Of a stretch of 64,000 bases of DNA, positions 47,502-58,228 are shown one piece after another (within the stretch, counting starts at the first letter, position 1; each line of letters starts with the position of its first letter). The translations under genes and the position numbers were made by a program. The stretch spans positions 6,318-70,317 of the forward strand of contig CANQTY010000002.1 of assembly GCA_947626895.1 (NCBI GenBank), written 5' to 3'. Below the pieces are notes generated by a model. That model had not been told where the DNA came from and ran no database searches. It saw only the letters and a program-made list of their open reading frames with translations. The stretch is from an uncultured Bacilli bacterium. Lineage in GTDB: Bacteria; Bacillota_I; Bacilli_A; RFN20; CAG-449.

Positions 47502-48383
47502 TTAGGCTTTAATCGTCAATTGATTTTCTTCATATTTGACATAAAAAATCATGACTTCTTCTTCATTTCCAAGTAAATTTCTCTTTTCTATTTTTGCTTT
47601 AGAAACATCTTGAAATTGAAGTAAATTATCGATTTTTTCAATAAGCTTTAATGTGAGAAAATCAAGACCTTTTTCGATATGGTCTTGACAATATTGTACA
47701 CAACTTGCAGATAAAAGAAAAAGAATTTTTCCCTCTTTTTCAAAGAATTTATCTTTTAATTCTTCACTTATTGGAAAATAAAATTCAAAATTTCCATCTG
47801 GTCCATTTTTATCTTGAGTATAAGAGCAATAACTGACACTTGCTTTTCCTTTTGCAACAAAAGATAAAGAAAGGTGAAACAAAAGATTTCGGATGGCATA
47901 ATTTTGATCAAAAGTTGCTAAAGGAACAAGAATTTTAGGGATTTTTTTGACGATTTCTTTTAATTCATCACCCATTAGTTCATTGTCATATAATTTTTCA
48001 TCTAGCACTGTTCCATCACTTAAAATGACATCCTCTCCATCAATTAAACAAGGTGCTAATTCTTCAATACTTACATCCATAGTAAACGGAGATACATGTA
48101 CTTTGCTTTCTTTAATTAAGGGATATTCATTTAGCAACTCTTCTTTTTCATTTGGTTCAATTCGATATAAAAAAGAATTGCGATTTAAAAACATAATATC
48201 TAAGACCTGTTCTTCACTTAAAAAATAATTTCCATTTAAGGAATAAGATGAAACTTTAGATAGCGGAGTAACAAAGTATAAAAGAACCATTAAAAGAATA
48301 AAAATAACAATTAAAAAACGTACAAAAAAGAACTTTTTTCGCTTGTTATTTTTTTTGAGGACTAAAGTCTTGAATTCTTCCAT
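47502..48383 (-). CDS. divIB: Cell division protein DivIB/FtsQ.
   Basis: N-terminal TM helix followed by a POTRA domain. Located between murB and ftsA. Confidence 0.7.
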   Translation of the reverse strand: MEEFKTLVLKKNNKRKKFFFVRFLIVIFILLMVLLYFVTPLSKVSSYSLNGNYFLSEEQVLDIMFLNRNSFLYRIEPNEKEELLNEYPLIKESKVHVSPFTMDVSIEELAPCLIDGEDVILSDGTVLDEKLYDNELMGDELKEIVKKIPKILVPLATFDQNYAIRNLLFHLSLSFVAKGKASVSYCSYTQDKNGPDGNFEFYFPISEELKDKFFEKEGKILFLLSASCVQYCQDHIEKGLDFLTLKLIEKIDNLLQFQDVSKAKIEKRNLLGNEEEVMIFYVKYEENQLTIKA

Positions 48384-49269
48384 CTTTTCTCCTAAAAATC
48401 ACGATTTCAATAGGAAAAAATATCCCTATCTCCTTATATAATACAATATTTAAATGATTTATTAAAAGAGAAATTTCAGGATAAAAACAAGATTTTTTTA
48501 TCTCGATAAAATTGCTATGAACAAGGGAAATATGTGCATGAGGAAATAGTCCAAATCCCTTAAAATTTAACTCATCTAAAATTTTTGAAACAGAATAATT
48601 CTGAACATTTTGAAATGTTGATCCTAAACTTAAAACATGAAGAGGTTGACTTTTTTCTTTTTGTTTTCTTATAAATTCACTATCTTTTTTTAAAAGCAAG
48701 GGATTACAAGGAACTTTTTTAAATTTTGAGGATAATATCATCCCTTTGATGCCTTTAAAAATACTATCTCGGTAAGAAAATTGACATTCATTTTGTCTTA
48801 ATTCAATAATTTTTTCACCATTAAAATATCGTAACGAAACTAATAAATCTGAAATACATTCATTAAAGCACGAAGCGTTTTGTACTAATGCACCACCAAG
48901 TCTACCAGGAATAAAACGAATTCTAGAAAAGCCTAAATATCCTTTATTTTCAAAATATTGTCCAATGGTTGATAAGGGAGTACCTCCTCCAATTTCAATG
49001 AAATTAGCATATTCTTTAATGTAACTATTTCGGTCGATAATATAAGTTGATTCATCATTAGTAAAAGCAAATAAGATTTTACTTCCGTTTCCAACGATGC
49101 GAAAATCTCTTTTATATAGAGTAGGGATTTCTTCTTCATTTTCTATAATGTATAAATCTTTTACAATTCCCCCGACTTTAATGTAGGAAAAAGGTGCAAT
49201 TGAAATATTATGATAATGTTTCATCAATGACCTTTTTGATCTTTTCACTTGGTGAAGAAATATCTTCAA
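48346..49269 (-). CDS. murB: UDP-N-acetylenolpyruvoylglucosamine reductase. The start may be the internal MKHYH.
   Basis: FAD-binding IEIGGGTPLSTIG…GRLGGALVQNASCF. Confidence 0.8.
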   Translation of the reverse strand: MKIFLHQVKRSKRSLMKHYHNISIAPFSYIKVGGIVKDLYIIENEEEIPTLYKRDFRIVGNGSKILFAFTNDESTYIIDRNSYIKEYANFIEIGGGTPLSTIGQYFENKGYLGFSRIRFIPGRLGGALVQNASCFNECISDLLVSLRYFNGEKIIELRQNECQFSYRDSIFKGIKGMILSSKFKKVPCNPLLLKKDSEFIRKQKEKSQPLHVLSLGSTFQNVQNYSVSKILDELNFKGFGLFPHAHISLVHSNFIEIKKSCFYPEISLLINHLNIVLYKEIGIFFPIEIVIFRRKDGRIQDFSPQKK

Positions 49270-50182
49270 AATAAAGATTTTTTGTTATCATTTCTCTATT
49301 TTGAATTGCTTTTAAAATAGCAGAAATTCCATAATCTTTTTCCTTGATTATAGGAAAATGATATTGCTTTTGAAAATAAGTGGCATTTTTTTCTTGATGA
49401 TGATGTTTAACGTATGGAGAAGGAATTAAAATACTTGGGGTTTGATATTTTAAAATTTCATATAGTGAAGTTGCTCCCGCGCGAGAAAAGACTAATCCAC
49501 TCTTTTGCAAGTAAATATAGGCATCTAAGAAAGGTAAAACTTCAATCGAACTATCTAAGTTGTTATTAACTTTAAATGAAGTAAGTAATAAATAATGATA
49601 ATTTTTATCTAAATATGGTGAGGTTAAATACATTAAAGTTTTATTGAGCAAAGTTTTTGAAGACAATGAACCAAATACAAAAGTGATTAAAGTTTGATCG
49701 CGATTTATTTTTTCTTTATCAAATCGTTCAAAAGAAGGGTTTCCTGTTAGAATGGTTTTATAAAAATATGGATTATGTTTGATCGGTAAGGATGCAAATA
49801 TTTTTTTTGCATGTAGTCCCGCGAAAAGATTTGCATCACCAAGAATACGATTTTGCTCTAATAAAAAAAGGGGTACTTGATGATGAACTTTAGAAAATAT
49901 ATAAGAAATAAAACCTCCTCCTGAGATACATAAATCAAACTCTTTTATTCTATTTTCTAATTCAAATAAAACCTTTTTTAATTGAGACTTACCTTTCAAA
50001 TTCTTTTTAAATGATTTCTGTATGGGTAAAAAAAGGCTATTTTTAGGATATATTTTCTCTTCCATTTCTCCTTTTATTCCTAAAAAAGTACATTCGTAAT
50101 CTTTTTTTAAAATCTTTTTTAAACCCAAAAGAGGATAAATATGCCCTCCAGATGAAGAAGCACCAAGCAATATTTTTTTCAT
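49208..50182 (-). CDS. murG: Undecaprenyl-PP-MurNAc-pentapeptide UDP-GlcNAc transferase.
   Basis: N-terminal ASSSGGHIYPLL G-loop with the GT28 fold. Confidence 0.8.
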   Translation of the reverse strand: MKKILLGASSSGGHIYPLLGLKKILKKDYECTFLGIKGEMEEKIYPKNSLFLPIQKSFKKNLKGKSQLKKVLFELENRIKEFDLCISGGGFISYIFSKVHHQVPLFLLEQNRILGDANLFAGLHAKKIFASLPIKHNPYFYKTILTGNPSFERFDKEKINRDQTLITFVFGSLSSKTLLNKTLMYLTSPYLDKNYHYLLLTSFKVNNNLDSSIEVLPFLDAYIYLQKSGLVFSRAGATSLYEILKYQTPSILIPSPYVKHHHQEKNATYFQKQYHFPIIKEKDYGISAILKAIQNREMITKNLYFEDISSPSEKIKKVIDETLS

Positions 50183-51276
50183 GAATTCTCCTTATGAAGC
50201 ATTAAACCTAAAGAAAATAATAAAACACATAATGAACTTCCCCCATAACTAATTAAAGGTAAAGTTATTCCCGTGACAGGTAAAATGGACACTACTACAC
50301 CTAGATTAATGAGCACTTGTACTAAAAACAAAGACAAAATACCTAAAGAAAAATAAGCATTAAATTCATCTTTTGAATAACGAATAATTTGAAAGCATTC
50401 ATAAAATAACAAAGCATATAAAACTAAGATGATTGTTCCACCTAGAAGGCCAAATTCTTCGACAATGATAGCAAAGATAAAGTCTGTCTGGGGTTCAGGT
50501 AAATAAAAATATTTTTGTATCGATTGATCAATTCCTAAGCCAATAAATCCTCCAGGAGATACAGAAAATAGCGATTGAATCATCTGAAATCCACTTCCTA
50601 AAGGGTCTTTAAATGGATCAATAAAACTCGTAATTCTTTCTGCTCGATAAGGAGCTAAAATAATTAAAATACCAATAAACAAAAGTAAGATAAAAAAGGC
50701 AATCACAAAATAACGGATTTTAAGTCTAGAGGTAAACATCATGATAATAATTGCACTTAATATTACCATCGAAGTTCCAAAATCGGGTTGAAGCATAATC
50801 AAAAATATTCCAAAAATACATAAAAATATAGGTAAAATAAAGCTTTTTATTTTCATTGTGTCTTTATAATGTGTAGATAAAAATTTTGCAAAATATAAGA
50901 TTAAGCTGATTTTAAATAGTTCACTAGGTTGAATACTTATAGGTCCTACACCAAGCCAAGATGAACTTCCTCCACGAATAAGACCTACATGAGGAATTAA
51001 AACCATTCCAAGCATCAAAAAAGAAATAAGTAATAATAAATTGATATGCTTTTTCAAAAAAGAAAGAGATATTTTTTTACCAATAAAAAATAAAATAATT
51101 CCAATAAGAGCAAATATCATTTGCCTTTTTAAGTAATAAAAACGATCCCCATATTTAAATTCACTCCAAATATAAGAGGCATCATAAACCATAAATACTC
51201 CAATAGCTAAAATAATAAATGTAATAATCATCGCATTTTTCTTATATTGATTTATTTTATCCATGTATTCACCCAT
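50179..51276 (-). CDS. ftsW: SEDS-family peptidoglycan glycosyltransferase FtsW/SpoVE.
   Basis: 10-TM SEDS protein located between murD and murG. Confidence 0.8.
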   Translation of the reverse strand: MGEYMDKINQYKKNAMIITFIILAIGVFMVYDASYIWSEFKYGDRFYYLKRQMIFALIGIILFFIGKKISLSFLKKHINLLLLISFLMLGMVLIPHVGLIRGGSSSWLGVGPISIQPSELFKISLILYFAKFLSTHYKDTMKIKSFILPIFLCIFGIFLIMLQPDFGTSMVILSAIIIMMFTSRLKIRYFVIAFFILLLFIGILIILAPYRAERITSFIDPFKDPLGSGFQMIQSLFSVSPGGFIGLGIDQSIQKYFYLPEPQTDFIFAIIVEEFGLLGGTIILVLYALLFYECFQIIRYSKDEFNAYFSLGILSLFLVQVLINLGVVVSILPVTGITLPLISYGGSSLCVLLFSLGLMLHKENS

Positions 51277-52409
51277 TCTTTAAATTCTTTACAACGAGAT
51301 TCATAACCATCATATTGATCAAAAGAAGCACACCCTGGAGAAAATAAAACCGTTCGATTTTCGTCATAAGTAATTAAATTAAGTGCTTCTTTTAATGTAT
51401 TTACTAAAATTCCTGCATGAATTTCTGAAAATATTTTTTCTCTATCTTTTCCATAAATATAAATAATATCATCTTTTTTTAAAGTTAGATGAAAGGGATT
51501 TGATTTATGAATTCCACCTAAAATAAGCGTTCTTTTGTTTTTAATTTGTTCAAAAGCATATTTTGTAGAATCAGATGTCGAGGATTTCCCATCATCAATG
51601 AAAGTCATTTGATTTTTTCTTAAAATTACTTCTCTTCGATGAGGAACATCTGGAATATTGCTAATATAAGGATAAATAACTTTTTCATCTAACTTTAAAT
51701 AATGAATAAGTTTTAAACAAATAATGATGTTTTCTAAATAAGATTCATCAAAATGTTTTAGTTGTTCAAAAGGAAAACTTGGGTAAGCTTTTTTTAGTTC
51801 AACAAGTGCATAATTCTTATATTCCTTTTTTAACTTTTCTCCTTCAATAAAATAAGATGAAAATAGTTTTAGACGCTTTTTGGAATTAAAATAATATTCT
51901 TCATTTAAAACATGATCTAAATGATTTGGTTTTAAATTCTTTATAATCCCTACATCTATAGATGAAGAAAATTCTTCCAATTGGAAAGAAGATGCTTCTA
52001 TTATTAAATATCTAGATTTAGCAATTTCTTCTTCCTTATCTAGTAAAGTAATCCCAATATTTCCCCCTAAAAAAGAAGGTGCGTATTTTGTTAGTAAATA
52101 ATTAATCATCGTTACTAAACTAGTTTTTCCATTGCTACCTGTAACGACAATTTTAATTGGATTAGTAAATATTTTACAAACATAAGATAATTCATTAGTA
52201 AAACATTTTCCTAAAATACGGCTAAATTCAACGAGTTTTGAAGAAGCTTTTATTCCAGGTGAACGAAATACATAATCATAAATTGGCTCAAGTTTATATA
52301 GTTTATCTATTTCATTTTCGTCATGAATAATATCGATATGTGCATGATTTTTGAAATATTTTTCAATTGCTAAAGATGACTTACCATAACCAAGAAGTAA
52401 GATATTCAT
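51252..52409 (-). CDS. murD: UDP-N-acetylmuramoylalanine--D-glutamate ligase.
   Basis: VVTGSNGKTS P-loop. Start placed at MNILLLGYGKS, giving an ATGA overlap with mraY. Confidence 0.8.
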   Translation of the reverse strand: MNILLLGYGKSSLAIEKYFKNHAHIDIIHDENEIDKLYKLEPIYDYVFRSPGIKASSKLVEFSRILGKCFTNELSYVCKIFTNPIKIVVTGSNGKTSLVTMINYLLTKYAPSFLGGNIGITLLDKEEEIAKSRYLIIEASSFQLEEFSSSIDVGIIKNLKPNHLDHVLNEEYYFNSKKRLKLFSSYFIEGEKLKKEYKNYALVELKKAYPSFPFEQLKHFDESYLENIIICLKLIHYLKLDEKVIYPYISNIPDVPHRREVILRKNQMTFIDDGKSSTSDSTKYAFEQIKNKRTLILGGIHKSNPFHLTLKKDDIIYIYGKDREKIFSEIHAGILVNTLKEALNLITYDENRTVLFSPGCASFDQYDGYESRCKEFKEWVNTWIK

Positions 52410-53380
52410 AGGACTAGAAGAATGGAAATAACACTCATAATAAACCCAATTAGAGCAAATACCATCACTACTTTCCATTCTTTCACTCCTTTGAGCTCAA
52501 AGTGATGGTGAATCGGTGTCATTAAAAAGATTCTTTTCTTTTTCAGTTTAAAAAAGAATACCTGTAAAATGACGGAAATTGCTTCAATCATAAATAAAAA
52601 TCCAGCGATAGGAATGATATATTCTAAATGCAGTAAATACGCTACAAAAGCAAAAATAGAACCTAAATATAAAGAGCCAACATCTCCCATAAAGATTTTT
52701 GCAGGATGCATATTAAATCTTAAAAAGGAAAAAATAGAGCCATAAAGCGCTAATAGATATAAAGAAATTCCCCATTCTTTTTTTAGTAAACTAGCAATAA
52801 TAAAAGGCAGTAAAGAAAATAAATATAAAAATCCTAACAACCCATCCATTCCATCAGATAAATTAACTGCATTTATACTTCCTAAGATAATAAATGTACT
52901 TATAAATAGGAAAAATCCACCTAAATATAAAATCGTATTAGGAAAATGAAATACCCATTCACTAGGTAGTTGATAAGAGGAAAAATATAAGAATAAAAAG
53001 ATAATTAATATTTCTAAAATAACACGAGTTAAAGGGGATATTCCGTTTGCATTCTTTTTAATAATCTTAAGTAAATCATCAATTAAACCAATACATAAAA
53101 AGGGGATAGAAAAGAAAAATAATAAGCGAAAATGATCATCTTTAAATAAAAAAGGATCAACAACAAGTAAAGCTAAATTAGTCGCTAAAAATAAAGGGAC
53201 TCCTCCCATTGTTGGGGTTTTTTCTTTGATGGATTTATCTACCATTTCTTCTCGAACAAATTGATGTATTCCCTTTTGATGTTCTAGATAAATCCATAAT
53301 TTTGTTAATAAATAGGAAAATAACATTCCAAAAATTAAAACAAGAATCATTTTGCTTTCAAAATTTAAAAAATAAAACAT
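52406..53380 (-). CDS. mraY: Phospho-N-acetylmuramoyl-pentapeptide transferase.
   Basis: 10-TM protein with the MraY motifs (NAVNLSDGMDGL, HHH). Confidence 0.85.
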   Translation of the reverse strand: MFYFLNFESKMILVLIFGMLFSYLLTKLWIYLEHQKGIHQFVREEMVDKSIKEKTPTMGGVPLFLATNLALLVVDPFLFKDDHFRLLFFFSIPFLCIGLIDDLLKIIKKNANGISPLTRVILEILIIFLFLYFSSYQLPSEWVFHFPNTILYLGGFFLFISTFIILGSINAVNLSDGMDGLLGFLYLFSLLPFIIASLLKKEWGISLYLLALYGSIFSFLRFNMHPAKIFMGDVGSLYLGSIFAFVAYLLHLEYIIPIAGFLFMIEAISVILQVFFFKLKKKRIFLMTPIHHHFELKGVKEWKVVMVFALIGFIMSVISILLVL

Positions 53381-54727
53381 TTATGCACCCGTCCTTTTTA
53401 AATATACTTTTAAATTCTTTAAAATTTCTTTTCGTTCATTATAAGGATATATTTTTCCTTTTTTAATTATGCTTTCTTCATTTCCTTTTCCTAAAAAAAT
53501 CACCCCATCTCCCTTTTTTAATAAACTAAAGGCCTTTTTTATAGCGGATTTTCTTTCTTCAATCACAATAAAAAATGAAGGATCTATTTTGATAATATCA
53601 CTTGCAATATCTTTAAATTCTTCATCTCGAGAATTATCTTCTGTAACAATTCCGAAATCACAATATTCTTTAACAATACGTCCATAAGCAAAGCGTTTTT
53701 GTTTTTCGCGATTTCCTCCCGCGCCAAAAACAGCAATGCTATGCTTTACAAGACTAGAAAAGTAAGAAACAGTAGATAAAAATGCATCTTCGCTATGTGC
53801 ATAATCCATCATCACTAAAGGATCTTCATTCAATATTTCTAATCTTCCTTTTGGATAAAAGATTTTATTAAAAGGAATTTGATCAATTTTATCTTTAAAA
53901 TATGTAAAGATAAAATCAAAAATGGGTGTTTCAATGGGTAAAATATGAGGTAAATCATATTCTTTTTTATCAACTATGACCTTACTTTTTAACCCCATTT
54001 GCACAATTTGATTTTTTTCTACATAGCAAACATTTTTATTTTCAAATGCATAAGGAATATCTTTTCTCATAAAAATCTTTTTTGCTAATTTCATATAAGA
54101 AATTTTTGTTTCATGATATTTTTTAAGCGTTTTATGAAAATCAAGATGATCTTCTTTTAAATTAGTTAAAAAAATCACATTAGGAATAATGCCATTCAAG
54201 CGAAATGTTGCAATTCCAATCGAACTTGCTTCAAAAATCACATAACGTATCTTTTTTCTTTTGGCTCTTTTTAAAGCCAAAGCAAATTCGTTTCCCCAGG
54301 GTGTTGTAAGCTTACTATGATAAATATTTTTTCCTTTGAAAGAAGAGGAAATTAGATATACCTTTTCATCAAGTAAATTAAATATATCAAAAAGAAGTTT
54401 TGCAAGACTAGATTTCATCGATGTTCCCGTAATGGCTATATAAATAAAATCATTATCTTGAATATGATTAAAATATAAGAAAAAAGGTGTGATATATTGT
54501 TTTAAATCTTTACAATAAATTATGCCCTTTTTCTTTATATCACTGATGATTAAAATTTCCCTATTTAAAGCATTTTTTATTAATTCATCTTTATTTTGCT
54601 TTCCTTTTAAAATAAATAATAAATCGGTTTTATTATTTAATGTAAAAGAAGGATATCGAATCTTATGATTTTTTGGTAGATGAAAAGGAAATTTTTTATT
54701 AATTTGATTTGAGTTCATCTTGTTCAC
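53381..54727 (-). CDS. murE: UDP-MurNAc-tripeptide synthetase (Mur ligase family, MurE position).
   Basis: Mur ligase central and C-terminal domains. Positioned between the pbp gene and mraY. The P-loop is somewhat divergent (ITGTSMKSS). Confidence 0.65.
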   Translation of the reverse strand: MNKMNSNQINKKFPFHLPKNHKIRYPSFTLNNKTDLLFILKGKQNKDELIKNALNREILIISDIKKKGIIYCKDLKQYITPFFLYFNHIQDNDFIYIAITGTSMKSSLAKLLFDIFNLLDEKVYLISSSFKGKNIYHSKLTTPWGNEFALALKRAKRKKIRYVIFEASSIGIATFRLNGIIPNVIFLTNLKEDHLDFHKTLKKYHETKISYMKLAKKIFMRKDIPYAFENKNVCYVEKNQIVQMGLKSKVIVDKKEYDLPHILPIETPIFDFIFTYFKDKIDQIPFNKIFYPKGRLEILNEDPLVMMDYAHSEDAFLSTVSYFSSLVKHSIAVFGAGGNREKQKRFAYGRIVKEYCDFGIVTEDNSRDEEFKDIASDIIKIDPSFFIVIEERKSAIKKAFSLLKKGDGVIFLGKGNEESIIKKGKIYPYNERKEILKNLKVYLKRTGA

Positions 54728-56624
54728 CTAACTCAATTAAAATACATGAATTTTCTTCAAGTAGCGTTCCAACACGTGGAATTTGATCAATCACTTTATT
54801 TCCATTTCCTTTAAAAACAAATGTAAAATGGCTTGATTTTATCTCTTTTTTATTTTTTCCAATATAATTTTCAACTGGATATACTTTTTGATCCATCCAA
54901 GTGTAAATACGTTCCACTCCTCCGTCCTGATGAGGAACATTTAAATAACTTAATGAATCGTGAATGATTCTTGAAATAATAGGACCAACAGTTGTTCCTC
55001 CATATTGAACAGTGTGTTTAGCATTTTTAATTGAAACATAACAAACTAAACGTGGATCATTCATTGGAGCACCAGCAATAAAGGACAAAAGATATTTTCC
55101 ATCCACATAATTTCCATCATAAGCAAGTTGAGAGGTTCCTGTTTTTCCTCCTACTCGATAACCCTCAACATATGCTTTTCTTCCTGTTCCTTTAGAAACT
55201 ACACATTCTAATGCATAACGCATTTTATCGGATGTTTCTTTAGAAACGACTCTTCTTATTGCTTCAGGTTTTTTCTCTTCAATAACCTCTTTAAGTCCTG
55301 GAGAAATGAGAGCTTTTACGACATGAGGGCGATATAATATTCCTCCATTAATTAAAGAAGAAAATGCACTTACAAGTTGAATCGCGGTAACACTAATACC
55401 TTGTCCAAAGGCAGTTGTTGCCTGCTCTAATTCATTAAATTTATCATAGCTAAAAAATAGTCCCTTATTTTCTCCAGAAATATCAATTCCTGTCTTATCT
55501 AAAAAGCCAAACTTTTGTACATATTCATAAAGTTTATCTTTTCCAAGTCGACGCGCAATTTCTACAAAACCTGGATTTGATGAGTTTTCCAAAACCTCAA
55601 GAAAAGTTTGTAATCCATGTCCTCCTTTTTTCCAAGAAGAAATCCTTGTTCCAGATACAACTTCATAGCCTTTATCATAATATGTATCGCTAAGCATATC
55701 GATTTTCTTTTCTTCAATAGCCGCGGCAAAGGTCATGGCCTTAAATGTTGAACCAGGTTCAAAAGAATTATTGATTGGAAGTAATTTATTATATATAGAA
55801 GGATCATATTTTTGATATTCATTATTATCATAAGTAGGACGATTGGCAATTGCTAAAATTTCGCCATTTCTAGGATCTATAATAATTCCTGATGTTTCTT
55901 CTGCTTCATAAGTATCATAAGCATATTCAAGTTCTCTTTCTAAAATATTTTGTAAGCCTAAATCGAGTGTTAAAGATAAAGATATACCTTCCATAGGATT
56001 AATAATTTCACTTTCCATTTCTTTAAATAATCCACCCTTCGCGTCAGTATAATAATTTAAATATCCTTTTTTTCCTTTTAAATAGTTTTCGTATTTGCTT
56101 TCTAAACCTGCTAAACCCTGATTATCACTACCTACAAATCCAAGTAAAGGGGCTAAATAGGTTTTATAGGGATATATTCTTTGATAATCAGAGACTAAAT
56201 AAATGCCCTCTAGGTAAAGATGTTCAATTTTCAAAGAAGTTTCATAATCTAATTTCATACCATATGTTGAAAAATGAACCATAGAACTTCTTTGATTTAA
56301 TCGTTCTAAAATAAAATCTTCTTTAACATTTAATATATTTGCTAATAAATTTGCCGTTTTTTCTTTATCTTTTACTTGATAAGGAATTGCATATAGACTT
56401 AAGCAAGGAGAATTTTCCGCTAAAACGGAAAGATTTCGATCGTAAATTAACCCACGCGGGGCTTTTAATGGAAAAGAGCGCATATGTTGATCATCTGCTA
56501 AAGAAAGAATTTCTTGATGTAAAAATAAAGTAGAATAAATAAGTTTTCCTTCTAAAGTAAAAAGCATAATTAAAACGATGATAAAAAGGAAGAGAATTCT
56601 TTTTGCCATCGTCTTTTTAATCAT
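54699..56624 (-). CDS. Class B penicillin-binding protein (PBP2B/SpoVD-type transpeptidase).
   Basis: N-terminal TM anchor, a dimerisation domain, and SxxK (SFEPGSTFK), SxN and KTGT motifs. Confidence 0.85.
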   Translation of the reverse strand: MIKKTMAKRILFLFIIVLIMLFTLEGKLIYSTLFLHQEILSLADDQHMRSFPLKAPRGLIYDRNLSVLAENSPCLSLYAIPYQVKDKEKTANLLANILNVKEDFILERLNQRSSMVHFSTYGMKLDYETSLKIEHLYLEGIYLVSDYQRIYPYKTYLAPLLGFVGSDNQGLAGLESKYENYLKGKKGYLNYYTDAKGGLFKEMESEIINPMEGISLSLTLDLGLQNILERELEYAYDTYEAEETSGIIIDPRNGEILAIANRPTYDNNEYQKYDPSIYNKLLPINNSFEPGSTFKAMTFAAAIEEKKIDMLSDTYYDKGYEVVSGTRISSWKKGGHGLQTFLEVLENSSNPGFVEIARRLGKDKLYEYVQKFGFLDKTGIDISGENKGLFFSYDKFNELEQATTAFGQGISVTAIQLVSAFSSLINGGILYRPHVVKALISPGLKEVIEEKKPEAIRRVVSKETSDKMRYALECVVSKGTGRKAYVEGYRVGGKTGTSQLAYDGNYVDGKYLLSFIAGAPMNDPRLVCYVSIKNAKHTVQYGGTTVGPIISRIIHDSLSYLNVPHQDGGVERIYTWMDQKVYPVENYIGKNKKEIKSSHFTFVFKGNGNKVIDQIPRVGTLLEENSCILIELGEQDELKSN

Positions 56625-56673
56625 ACTATCACCCTTAGGAAATGTATGAATTTACTTTAATTTTTAGAATTAT

Positions 56674-58185
56674 TTAATCTAGAATTTCATTAGCCTGGAA
56701 TAAGATTTTTCCCTTATTATAGGTATCTTTTTTAAGATGACCAAGGAAAAGATTTTCTCTTTTCAATTGGTCTTTTAAATTAAAACCTATTAAACTAGAT
56801 TCCATATTGATATAACTTTTTACATGATTTTTAAAAACAAAACACTTACTCAAAGGAATATTTAAAGCAAATAAAGGTTCTTCAAAATCTTTACCAAAAG
56901 GAGCTAAACTTCTTAAAAATGCATAATTTAGCACCGTCACATCGCTATTTTCGATTAAAATAGGTTGTAAAGTCTTTTCTTGATAAGGGTGTACTTTCAA
57001 AAACTCTTCAAAAGCCAAACAAATTTTTTCTAAATATTCTTCTTTAAAAGATAAAGCACCCGCTAAAGCATGACCTCCTGATGTTAATAAATAAGGAGAA
57101 ACCATCGGGAAAAAGTCAACAATAGATGCCCCTTCTAAAGAGCGAATACTTCCTTTATAAACCCCATCTTTAAAATTTAAAGCCATCGTAGGTTTATGTT
57201 TTAAAGAGATATATTTTGCAGCTAATAAGCCAATTAAACCATCTTGTAAATTAGGATGAATTAAAATGACTCCTAAATTTTCTTTAATAATTACCTCAAC
57301 TTCGGCCTTTTTTAATAATTCTTTTCTTTGTTCATTAAGCATATCTATTTTATGGGCCATATGCTCTTTTTCTTCATAATTTGTATCGATAAATAAGGAG
57401 ATGATTTTAGAATTATTACTCTCTTCATTCATTCTTCCGTAGGCGTTGATTCTTGGGGCAATTTGAAAACCGATAACTTCTTCATCAATTTCCCCTTTAT
57501 ATAATAAATGAAAAGGATGAGTTAAATCTTCATTCATATATTTTAAACCTAAACGCACAATGTTTCGATTAGCCCCTTTTAAAGGCATCATATCAGAAAT
57601 GGTTGCAAGTGCAGCATATGTTAATAAAAGAGGCTCTTCTTTTTTTAATAAGGACAATGATAGCATATAAGCAACAAAAGCACCACATTGTTCCTCTTTT
57701 TGTTCTTTTTCAAAAGGATGAATGAATCCATCGTGTGGAGCAACTTCACTATATTCATGATGATCTGTAATAATCACTTTAACTCCATGCTCTTTTAAAT
57801 AGGTTAAAGCTTCTTTTTGATTCACTCCATTATCCACGGTAATCAATAGATTATAGCCATCTTTAACGATATTTTGAGCATGTTTTAATTGTATCCCATA
57901 TCCATCTATACTTCGAGAAGGAATATAATAGCTTGGAATATTTCCAAGTTTTTTTAGTGTTAGATAAAGAATTGAAGTAGCCATGATTCCATCTGCATCA
58001 TAATCACCAAAAATATAGATTTTTTCATGTTTTTTAATGGAACCCATAATGATATTACTCACTTCGTCCATGCCTTTAAAATCGCTAGGTTTACCATATG
58101 TCAATTCGCTTAAAGGAAGGGTTAAATTCATTAAATCTTCTTCATTAATTTTTAAATAATTCATTACTTTACTTTTAAAATTCAT
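56674..58185 (-). CDS. DHH/DHHA1 phosphoesterase, RecJ-like (short form without the C-terminal OB domain).
   Basis: IFGDYDADGIMATSIL and VIITDHHE motifs, with a GGH-containing DHHA1 region. Confidence 0.65.
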   Translation of the reverse strand: MNFKSKVMNYLKINEEDLMNLTLPLSELTYGKPSDFKGMDEVSNIIMGSIKKHEKIYIFGDYDADGIMATSILYLTLKKLGNIPSYYIPSRSIDGYGIQLKHAQNIVKDGYNLLITVDNGVNQKEALTYLKEHGVKVIITDHHEYSEVAPHDGFIHPFEKEQKEEQCGAFVAYMLSLSLLKKEEPLLLTYAALATISDMMPLKGANRNIVRLGLKYMNEDLTHPFHLLYKGEIDEEVIGFQIAPRINAYGRMNEESNNSKIISLFIDTNYEEKEHMAHKIDMLNEQRKELLKKAEVEVIIKENLGVILIHPNLQDGLIGLLAAKYISLKHKPTMALNFKDGVYKGSIRSLEGASIVDFFPMVSPYLLTSGGHALAGALSFKEEYLEKICLAFEEFLKVHPYQEKTLQPILIENSDVTVLNYAFLRSLAPFGKDFEEPLFALNIPLSKCFVFKNHVKSYINMESSLIGFNLKDQLKRENLFLGHLKKDTYNKGKILFQANEILD

Positions 58186-58228
58186 AATTTACTCCTAAAA
58201 AAGGTCGACTAGCGACCTTTTATAATAT